NCBI GenBank assembly: GCA_964016885.1 | Contig: OZ024753.1 | Span: 45,260,001 to 45,324,000 of the forward strand | Direction of reading: 5' to 3' | Origin: Eledone cirrhosa | Lineage: Eukaryota | Length of the DNA stretch: 64,000 bases | In this document: one piece after another, positions 41,931 to 54,103 of the stretch | How the letters are laid out: every line of letters starts with the position of its first letter | How positions within the stretch are numbered: the first letter of the stretch is position 1 | The notes under the pieces: generated by a model | Database searches by the model: none | What the model was told of the DNA's origin: nothing | The model's input: only the letters and a program-made list of their open reading frames with translations | Program-made: the position numbers and the translations under genes

Positions 41931-44256
41931 CTGCAGAGATAGAGAATGATAGAAGAGAAAGAAGAAACATATTAGAGATTTCATAATAATAATAATAAAA
42001 TAAATGTAAATAAAGACAAATAAATAGTATGTTTCTTCATCATCATCACCATTACCATATACAGTACTATATATATTATATATACCTTTATTGCCATATA
42101 TACACACACCACCACACCACTACACATTACCACCACACAGTACTATATATATCACAACTTTGAAGGAGGTTGAGGAGACTAAAGATCTTGGTCTGCGGGT
42201 CGACTCGTCCTTCAAACCATCAAAACATTGCATTCAAGCCGCAAACAAGGCAAGGAGCTCTCTTTTTTTTATTCGATGCTCCTTTGCCAAACTTACTCCA
42301 GAAATTTTCAGGCCTCTCTATGTCGCCCTCGCGAGACCGCACCTAGAATATGGCATCCAAGCATCAAACCCATATCTCATCCGGGATATCCATCACTTGG
42401 AGGTCGTTCAATGACTAGCGACTCGAATGGTACAGAGTCTTCATGAGCTGCCCTACGAAAGCCGGCTGCAGAAGCTGAACCTCTTCTCCTTGGAGCGTCG
42501 ACAGCTAAGAGGCGATCTCATTTTGGCTTACAATCTCTTCAATGGCCATTACGATCTCCCTCAAGATCTCCTATTCACTCCGGCACTTGAAAGGGGTCTA
42601 CGTGGACATGACAAAAAGCTGTTTCACTGCTGCTTTCACTTTAAATAGACGGAAAGCTGCTTTCTCGATCCGCATCTCTGGACCCTGGAATCGGCTTCCA
42701 GAAGTAGTCAACGTGTCAACCACGCAACAATTCAAGGTGACATTGGACCGGTGTTGGACCACTGGGTTTCGGACTGTGTAAATGTTGCCCCTCTCCCCTC
42801 CTTACATGGCATCTGAAGCATCTGTGTTTTAATTTCTGCCAAATATATTGAATTGAATTGAAAAAAAACATATACCTTTATTGCCAGGATCACTGCCATA
42901 CTATACCACACACCCACTGTCACACCCCACCACACACACCACACACACCCACTGTCACACACCACCACCACACACTACCACACACACCCACTGTCACACA
43001 CCACCACACACACACACACCCAGTCACATACCACCAGGCACACACACACACTACCACACACCACCACACACTACCACACCCCACCACACAAACACACACA
43101 CCACCACACACACACACCCACTGTCACACACCACCACACACTACCACTACACAGTACTATATACACACACACACATATATATATATCATATATACCTTTA
43201 TGTCAGGATCACTGCTATTTTTCTTCAATGTAAACTTCAAGAGATGTTGTCTGGCTAACGAGGCAGAAAACGATAACCCACCTGTCACTTTATCATCATT
43301 AATTACCTGATTCAGGTAATCAACAGCTGATCTAGAATAAAGAGGAAGGGAGAGAGAATGAGGAGGAGGAAGACAATGAGATTGCAATTACTTCACAGGT
43401 ATGTCTCTGGTTCTATCATACAAAACTGTTTGTTTTAAAGTGTCTATATTTATCTAAAAACCTTTCTTAAGTTATGTTCCAAACACCCCTGGTTCTATCA
43501 TACAAAACTTTGTTTTAAAGTGTCTATATTTATGTAAAAACCTCCCATCAATAAGTTTATCTAAGAACCTTTGTTAAGTTATGTTCCAAATACCCCTGGC
43601 TCTATCATACAAAATTGTTTGTTTTAAAGAGTTTATATTTATCTAAAAAAACGTTCCATCAATAATTTTATGTAAGAACCTTTATTAAGTTATGTTCCAA
43701 ACACCAACTTCATAATAAGAACATTAATTATACTATTAAATCCTTCCTAGTTTTTGATTATTTTCAAAATATTTCATTGGAAATATGGAAATGGTAATGA
43801 AAGGGTTAAAAAACAAAACAAAACGAACCAACAAATAACGGTTCCACTAAAGTACTTACTTGGAATTCTTATTTCTGAGGGCCTCAACAACACCATACAT
43901 GAGGTTTGCTGTGGTACAGAGAGGATCAAGTTCCAACACTTCTTTCACTGCTTCTTCAAACATAGACAGACTGTAGCCACACGACAAGTCTTTCTATAGA
44001 CAGGAGGAGAGACAGAGAAAAGGAATATATATAACAGCAGTGGTTCTGTCATCTTAACCCTTCATATATATACACACAATATACAGCAGAAACAGTACTG
44101 TGACTACATCACATTGAGAAATAAAGTCTTTATACTAACCATGAGTCTTTTGAAGCTGTAGAGCGCCAACCTAATCATTGGTAAAAGTCGACCTTCTCTA
44201 GCACTGAAAATATATTTTAAAATAAGATATTCTATTATCAAGACATTGTATTGATG

Positions 44257-44348
<92 letters not shown>

Positions 44349-44932
44349 GAACCCATATCTTTCTGATTGTGCTAAGTTGACACAGAGAGAGAAAGACAGG
44401 TAGACAGAGTGACAGAGAGAGAGACATACCTTTCTGACTGTGCTAGAGAGAGAGAGAGACAGACAGAGAGAGAGATAGAGATAGACAGAGAGAGAGAGAG
44501 AGGGAGAGGGAGAGAGAGATATACCTTTCTGACTGTGCTAAGTTGACACACTGACCAGCAATAAATTCTGCATCTTCATACATTCCAACTTTAATACTGA
44601 CTTCTTCTAAAATCTGAGGAAGACAAAGAGAAACATTGATGGGTTGAGGAGACAAAAGAGAAGACAGGAGAAGATAGTGAGGAAGGCAGACGATAAATAT
44701 GAAGGAGTCTGAAGGCAGCAGCCAAGAAGAGAAACTAGAAGCTGACCTTACCTGCCAAAATGAGAGAAGTCCACCAGTTTGGACGACACCTTCTTTAACA
44801 ATATCAACATTACACAGTTTCACACCTTCCAATGTACGGATGTAAGCTAGAGTGTTGAAGTTTTTCTCTTCTTTAAAACACGAACTTTCCAACATCTAAA
44901 GACAATTCAAAGAATAATATAAGTACATAAAG

Positions 44933-44972
<40 letters not shown>

Positions 44973-44979
44973 TAAAAGA

Positions 44980-45036
<57 letters not shown>

Positions 45037-45651
45037 GTGGTGACAGTGAGAGAGAAAAGTAGTAGTAATAAAACAACACAATATAGAAGGTAGGTAGAAA
45101 GGTAGGGAGAGAGGGAGATAGGTAGGTAGGGAGGCAGGTAGGTAGGGAGGGAGATAGGTAGGTAAAAATATATCTGACCTGTTTCCACACCATCTGTAGC
45201 TGATCAAGTGATGTAAAGATGCTCATGGCACACCAACACCTCAACTTCCACATCCATTGTTGAACACTTACACTGATTTGATCTACAGAGAAACACAACA
45301 CACAATTATTATTATCATCATTGTCGTCGTCATTTTTATGGCTGCATTTCTAAGCTTGCATGGGTTGGCCGGGTCAACAACAACAACAACAATAGCAATA
45401 GAATTAGTGAAGGAACGAAATGTCTTACCTGCAAACTCTAGGAGTAGGTGATCTAGAAACAACATCTCAGTAAAATACAGATTGTCAGGTGACTTCTCAA
45501 CTACACACTGTTTAATCAAGGCACCAGCATGAATTCCTGGGATCAGATTCAACATACTACTCAGGTCATCTGAAACGAGACACACGTATATATATATATA
45601 TATATATGTTTATAAGCATCGATTAATGTCTATCTTCCATGCTAGCATGGG

Positions 45652-45689
<38 letters not shown>

Positions 45690-45735
45690 TTATCATCACT
45701 GGTGTCATTTTAATGTCTGCTTTTCTCCTAGCATG

Positions 45736-45775
<40 letters not shown>

Positions 45776-48700
45776 AGTATATGATGTGTTGGTGTAAATG
45801 GTAGCACAGTGGTCCGGATAACCAAAGATGTGGGTTCGACTCGCATGTATGTCAATACTCATCTTTTTCCATTTCTCCGAGGGTTCTTAACCCCACTATC
45901 AAGCTAAATAATTTCTTTAATTTCTTTAGTCAAAATACAGCGATAGCTTACATTTCTAATAATTTCAAACCCACTTGCTGTTTCGAAAAAATTCGAAAAT
46001 ATTCTTACATATATAAGTATATATATATATATCATCATCACCGTTTTACGTCCGTTCTTCCACGCTAGCATGGGTTAGACGGGTTGTCCTGTTGTGGGCA
46101 GTGTCTGGTCGGCTGACCATGCCTTGCTCATACAGGAACTGATCTGGCTTGATTTCTACAGCTGGATGCCCTTCCTAACACCAACCTCATTTACAGTGAG
46201 TGCTGGGTGCTTTTTCGTGGCGCCTACACGTCCACTTTACAGTGTGGGCTGGGTGCCTTTTTGCCGTGGCACCTCCACGACCACCTTGCGGTGGGGGGGG
46301 GGGGGGGGGGGGGGGGGGGGCATATTGTTTATATGCTTCAGCATGTACCCATGGGAGGTCGGGTACCCTGTATTACTGCGTGACGCCAGAAGTCACGGTC
46401 GTGTGTCATTGACTTTGAGAGGTGTAGTTGGGTAAGGTCGGCTTTTATCACCTCATCCCAAGTCATCTTGGGTCTCCCCACTCCGCGGTTTCCATCAACT
46501 TCTAGTGCTCTGCACCTTTTTATGCAGCTGTCATCCTTCATACGCATCACATGTCCATACCAGCGTAACCGCCTCTCCTGCACGCAGCATTTGATTCCTC
46601 TTATGCTCAGTCTCTCTCTCAATTCATTTATGCTTTGTCGTTCACGTATATTACTGTTACACATCCATCGGAGCATGCAGGCTTCGTTTCTCTCTAATCT
46701 ACGTAGGTCTTCCACCTTCAGCGCCCAGGTCTCACTACCATGCAACATCGCTGTTCGGATACACGCATCATACAGTCTGCCTTTCATTCTGAGGGAGAAG
46801 CCTTTTGCAGCTAGCAGTGGTAGTAGTTCCCTAAACTTCTTCCATCCCGTTCTTACCCTAGTTATTGTACTTTCTGAGCACCCACCTCCGTTGCTAATTC
46901 GGTCACCTAGGTAGCAGAAGCTGTCTACTGTTTCTACAGGGCCCTCCCAGAGATTGGTGGTACTTGTTTCCTGTGGCTGTTTGCTTGCTGTTTCAGCACA
47001 GCTGCTGCATGTGAATCCTACATTCTTAATTAAGCTTCCTGAGATCCCGCTACATCTCTTGTGTACCCATTGTTTGCATTTGGGGCAAAGAATGGAGTTC
47101 CTACCTACACCTTTCCTACATACTGAGCAAGGCCATTTCCCTGAGGGGATCTGGGTTCTGTTTTCTCGTCTACTTATAAGGACCTTAGTCTTTGTCATGT
47201 TGACTTTGAGGCCCTTTCTCTCTAGTCCCTGCTTCCAGGTTTGGAATTTATTCTCTAGTTCTACCATAGATTCAGCTATGAGTGCGAGGTCATCAGCATA
47301 CAGGAGTTCCCATGGGCATCCGGTCTTAAACTCCTCCGTTATTGCCTGCAGGACTATGATGAACAGGAGAGGGCTAAGAACAGAGCCCTGGTGGACCCCA
47401 ACCTGTACGCTAAATTCCTCGCTATACTCATTGCCAATCCTAACTTTGCTGACTGCTCCCCTATACATGGCTTGTACCGCTTTCACAAGCCATTCATCTA
47501 CTCCTAGTTTTCTAAGAGCCCACCAGATTACTGCACGTGGAACTCTGTCAAAGGCTTTCTCAAGGTCGACAAATGCCAAGTAGAGTGGCTTACTTTTAGC
47601 TAGGTACTTTTCCTGTAATTGCCTCACAAGGAAGAGCGCATCAGTGGTGCCTTTCCCTGGAACAAACCCAAATTGCATCTCGTCTATATTCACCCGGTCC
47701 CTAATCAGCTGTGCTATAACTCTTTCTGTTACTTTCATGACCTGGTCCATCAACTTTATACCTCTATAGTTTCCTCTATCTAGTGCATCGCCTTTACCTT
47801 TGTAGCAGTTGACAATGATGCTACTGCACCAATCTTTTGGTATGGCCCCCTCTAGTATTACCTGGTTAACGATACGTGTGGTTATAGTGTGACCTACAGA
47901 CCCAGATGCCTTCAGCATCTCGGCAGCTATACCCGATGGACCGGTTGCCTTCCCTATCTTCATATCTCTGATTGCCTTACTTACTACGCTGCCGCTGACT
48001 TGTACTGCTGGTCCCTCTATAGGGTCTACGTGGGGTAGGGTCTCTTCTTCCCATGCATTCTCCTCATTTAGTAATCTATCATAATGACTCTTCCATGCAT
48101 CTTTCTTCTCAGCACTTGTGAGGGCAAGCTCACCTTTATCATTCCGGATACACTTCTCTCCAATGACATCACAACTATCTCTGACACACTGCCTCGCAAT
48201 CTTGAATACCTCATGTTTCTGGTCCTCACGTTGTAAAACATGCTTGAATTTTCTATCCTCTGCTTCCCTCCTAGCTAAGTATACTTGTCGCCTAGCTTCC
48301 CTCTTGGTCTCTATGTAATGTACCCTGCTCCCCCCGTTCTTCCATTCTTTCCATGCCTGTCTCTTGGCCTTGACTGCTTCATCTACCTTATTGTTCCACC
48401 ACCAAGTCACTCTCCTCCTGCTTGAGGTCTTACTCCAGCCACAAACCTCATCCGTCGCCTCTAGTAAGTTATTTTTTAGGAACTCCCAGTTCTCTTCTAC
48501 GTTAAATGTCTCTATCTGTTCTTCTTTACTGTCGTAGGCGTTGAGTAAAATATCTTTAAATCTGTTACTGGTTGAGGGGACTTTCAGCTTCCAGATCTTT
48601 CTTCTCCAGGTTGGCCTCTGTTTCAGGGCTCGTCTAGTTCTGACCGTGAGGTCGCTGACAACTAAGCTATGTTGGGATGTACATTCCTCACTAGGGAAGG

Positions 48701-49371
48701 CTTTTGTGTTTACGACCGTCCATCTGTCACGTCCTCTGATGAGGATAAAATCTAACTGACTAGAGTGCTCCCCTGATCTATAGGTGATCAGGTGGTTGTC
48801 GGGTTTTTTAAAGTTTGTGTTACATATCGACATGTCATTGGCGTCGCAGAATTCTAGAAGTCTGAATCCTTCCTCATTCCTTGTGCCAACTCCATGGCCT
48901 CCATGTACTCTATTGAAGCCGTCGCAGTGTTTACCTACGTGTCCGTTAAAATCTCCTGCAATGATTAGGAAGTCCTTGTCGTCTGTTAGAGCAGTAGTGT
49001 GTATTAGGGACTCGTAAAACCTATCCTTAAGTTCGTCTGGCAGCCCCGATTGGGGTGCGTAAGCTGATATATATATATAAGAACATGAGGTTTTTTTTTA
49101 AATGAAAAAAATGAGATGTCCTACACGAGTGAAAGTAAAAGGAAAGAAAATGAAATTGAAAATGCAACTGGAGTCTTTTTAAGAATATTTATTTGTTTCC
49201 TTTACCAGTTTCAGATGCGAGAAAAACAACAAACGTTCAACTTTTGAAAAGCATAAGAACTGTGAAACTGGTAAAGGAAACAAATAAATATTCTTAAAAA
49301 GACTCCAATTGCATTTTCAATTTCATCTATATACATATATATATATGTATATGTATATATATATATGTATA

Positions 49372-49415
<44 letters not shown>

Positions 49416-51752
49416 CACACACACACAGACATAGTGAGGTGTATACGTGACAAATTCCATAGTATTAACATCAGCCACATACCTGGGTGGACATGGTAGG
49501 CCTTCTGAGCCACAGAGAAACCATTTCGATTCCCATTTCTTGAAGAATGTAAGCCAGCTGCCAGGAGAGTCTGGACCAAAATAGGGGCCACTTCCTGTAA
49601 AGTGAGAGAAAAGATGAAAGAATTAAAAATTTGGGTTGGATGGGGCTTTTTGAAGCAACATTTAACAGCCAGATGCCTTCCGTGATATTGGCCCCTTTTA
49701 GGGACTTCTTACAAAATGCAGGAATAAAATATACTTGTGTATATAAACCAGATAGATACACATGGCTTTACAGTATATAGATATATAATTTAAAGTTTAT
49801 TCTGGGGTCCCTTACCTTATTTAAACTCTTATCAAGTTGCTGTGCATACAATATCGCAGTTGATGCCATGTATGTGTCCTCTGGTACAAACCACATGATG
49901 GCTTTAGCCAACAAGATCCACAAAGAAGCTTTCCAAGGATATTTCTGTATAGTTTTCTGTATGTAATAGCAGCCGGCCTTCACCTCACCCTGAAATACAA
50001 GTCAGCAAATAGATTTACAATACAAAATATAACATTAATTACCTCTTTCATTACTATATTCCTAATGGAAGACACCGACCATGATTTTCAAATAATTTAT
50101 TTAAATAATCAAGAATTTGGAGGAATTTACTAACAATTATTAAGCTGGCCAAAATCGATTACAAAGACCCCAGTATGTGACTGGTACTGTATTTTATCAA
50201 GCCTGGAAGGATGAAAGGCAAATTTGACGTCAGTAGGATTTGAACTCAGAATGTAAAGGGTAGTAACTAAATGCCACAAGACATTTTGTCGGATACTCTA
50301 CTGATTCTGGCAATCCTCCTCTCCTCCCTCCAATGTTAGCTAGTGTATATTAATAACAACAGGTATACCTTAACGAAGTATTCAGCAGCACACAGCCATG
50401 TGATGTCTGCCAGGTGATCTCCATTAGTGTCTTCCATCTTCATTAGTTCCTGGACCACAGCAGATGCCAGCACATGATCAGCTCGTATTAAGGCAATAGC
50501 ACACAGGGCCTTAAGACCTTCCACCGATGGCACAGACATCTGTGAACTGGAAATAGAAACATGATAAGTTAGCAACTTTACATAGAATATTACAAACAAT
50601 TCCCAGCTGTATTTGTCTGACTTCATCTGTCACTGTTAGGTTGAAACTAAAACAATTACATCATGGAGGAATCATTTGATATTCCTCAGAAGGACCTTTA
50701 TCAGGCATTGTTTTATGGCTAGAGGACCTTTCTGGCACCAACTTTTTTAGTTGCCTCTTACAACCTGCAGAAATGTGGTGTACCTATTATAAACCAGGTA
50801 TATACCCAGATATGGTATATACCTGGTTTAGAATAGGTACACCATATCTGGGTATATACCAGGTTTAGAATAGGTACACCATATCTGGGCATATACCAGG
50901 TTTAGAATAGGTACACCATATCTGGGTATATACCAGGTACACCATATCTGGGTATATACCAGGTTTAGAATAGGTACACCATATCTGGGTATATACCAGG
51001 TACACCATATCTGGGTATATACCAGGTTTAGAATAGGTACACCATATCTGGGTATATACCAGGTTTAGAATAGGTACACCATATCTGGGCATATACCTGG
51101 TTTAGAATAGGTACACCATATCTGGGCATATACCTGGTTTAGAATAGGTACACCATATCTGGGTATATACCAGGTTTAGAATAGGTACACCATATCTGGG
51201 CATATACCAGGTTTAGAATAGGTACACCATATCTGGGTATATACCAGGTACACCATATCTGGGTATATACCAGGTACACCATATCTGGGTATATACCAGG
51301 TACACCATATCTGGGTATATACCAGGTTTAGAATAGGTACACCATATCTGGGTATATACCAGGTTTAGAATAGGTAGACCAGGAATATGGTTTTATTGTG
51401 TCTCAATAATAAATGTCAAGACTTACCCTGTCATCAGAAGATCGACAGCTTCTTTAATTTTACCCATGTTCAACAGGACAATTGCTTGAGCTGTCATAAC
51501 CTGGGAATCAAACTCTTCAGTCATCTGTAGGGCTTTACCATATTCTGCAGGGATAAATATGTGCATATATATATATATATATGTGTGTGTGTACATATGT
51601 ATATGTGTGTGTATATATGTATATGTGTATGTGTGCATAAATATATATATATACAGGGTGTTCCAAAAAATGTATACACACTTTGATTATCTGTACAGGT
51701 AATAATTATTAGAATACTGTTGAAGTGTGTATACATTTTTTTGGAACACATT

Positions 51753-51802
<50 letters not shown>

Positions 51803-53119
51803 TAAACCAGATTCACAGAGAAAGTGATTAGTAATAAAGTGAAAAAAAAAAAACAGGAATAAAAAAAAATAAAAAAAATATTTTTGGAAAATATTTTAAA
51901 TTTGCAAAACTGACCTTCAAAACTCTGGTAAAACTCTCCGGCCTTAAACAATGTCAAAGCCAGTCCACAGGTACCTCCGAAGTCCAGGTTTTTTCCAATA
52001 ATTTTGTACTGCTGTAAAGCACCATTGTAATTTCCCAGGGTGCTGATGGTGGTGGTCGGAAGGATTTGAAATAGAAGAACCATCATTATCATCACCATCA
52101 ATATTACTATTATTATTATTGTTATAATATATATTCTTCCTAATTATTATTAATTACTCACCTCATTACTCGAGCTAAATTACTGCGGACCTTCAACTGG
52201 AATTCTATGTCTGAGTTCTTGTCTTTCTCCAACAATCCAATACATCTAGAGTGGCAACAGATATAACAGATATAGAGAACAGATATAACAGATATAAAAA
52301 CTATAGAAAACAGATATAAAAGATATAGAAAACAGATATATCAGGGACAGAATATATACACACATAGTATATATATACTATGTCAGAATAAAATACAGGG
52401 TGGTCACAGTTGGAATGCCTTAAATCATAAGTCTACTTGAGCAAGAGCAGACAAGAGCAACAATAACTAGATCAACAACAAAGATAACAACAGATACATC
52501 ACTATCAACAACAATTAAAACACTAACATTAACACCAACAACGTACTACATAGAATGGAACGTACTTAGAAAATGACTTCTCTGCCATAGAGTGTAATCC
52601 GTGGCGTTCTAATAAAATACCGTACATGTTGAAAGCCACAGTATTTTCTTTGATACGTTCTGAAATAGAAAGAAAGATGACTTGAAAACCAGAACAACAA
52701 CATTAAGTCAGGATAGAGAAGGGTCCTCTCCAAAACCATATCTGGTTCTTTGTAACAAAACCACCTCTAGTCCTACCAAACAAAACCAGCCATCTTAAAT
52801 GGTTGATGTTTAAATTAATTGTTTCTACTTTTGGCACAAGGCCAGCAATTACCCAGTACATTACTGGTACTTTATTTTATCGACCCTGTAAGGATGAAAG
52901 GCAAAGTTAACCTCGGCGGGTTGATGTTTAAATTAATGTCATCCCACATAATTTGATATAAACACTTTAGGTTAAATTAGTTACTAAAACCATCACTGTA
53001 AGTAATTAATAATTTCTTTTAAATACCTTCAAATTCATCATTAACTAATTAAAATACAATATATGTCATTAGAAATATGGTAATGAAAGGGTTAAGGTAT
53101 ATATCATATATGTACATAT

Positions 53120-53180
<61 letters not shown>

Positions 53181-53774
53181 TCATCATCATCATCATTTTC
53201 ATTTTACGTCCGCTTTTCCCTGCTTGCAAGGGTGGGACGGGAACTGATTCTGGCTTGATTTCTACAGCTGGATGCCCTTCCTAACACCAACCTCATTTAC
53301 AGTGAGTGCTGGGTGGTTTTTGCCGTGGCACCTCCACAACCACTTTGCAGTCGAATGATAGGGACCCCAGTCCCTATCATCTCATTTCTACAGCTGAGTA
53401 AACTGGAGCAATATGAAATAAAGTGTCTTGCTCAAGGAAACAACACATCACCCGGTCTGAGAATTGAACTCACAACCTTTCGATTGCAAGGCCAATGCTC
53501 TAACCACTAAGCCATGTGCCTCCATATATCTATCTATCGATAGATATATAGATATATAGAGAGAGAGATGGAGAGAGAGATGGAGAGATACCTATACAGA
53601 AACACATACCTGTGTATTTTGAAAGAGCATCACAGGCAGCAGGAATAACAGACATCCGTTCAATGTTATAGCGGTAGAGGGGAGTGTCATGTTTGGATTC
53701 ATCTAGCAGCATGGCACACACCCAGTGGCCATATCCAATAAGAGATTCAACCTGCATTGAATGGCAACAATATG

Positions 53775-53824
<50 letters not shown>

Positions 53825-54064
53825 GTAAAAGGTAAACAGAAATAACAACACAATCAGTACAGTATATGGAAGGGATATATTAGGTTAATGCTTGATATAG
53901 CAGGAAGAGGGTCTTAACGTTTTGGACGCTAGTCCTTCATCAAAAGAAAGAATGAGAAATAAGATAGATTGAGGGGACGGGCGGGTTGGAATTGGAAAAA
54001 ATGTCTCTAGATAAAAATAACAGATCCATTCATGTTGACATCTCTTGCAGATAGATAGATAGAC

Positions 54065-54103
<39 letters not shown>

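Noticed and set aside
45781-45855. tRNA-like sequence with A and B boxes
   Set aside because: No convincing cloverleaf or acceptor stem; more likely a SINE head. The same applies to 6041 and related copies.
46954-47583. Plus-strand ORFs overlapping the RTE
   Set aside because: Antisense shadows of the RT frame.
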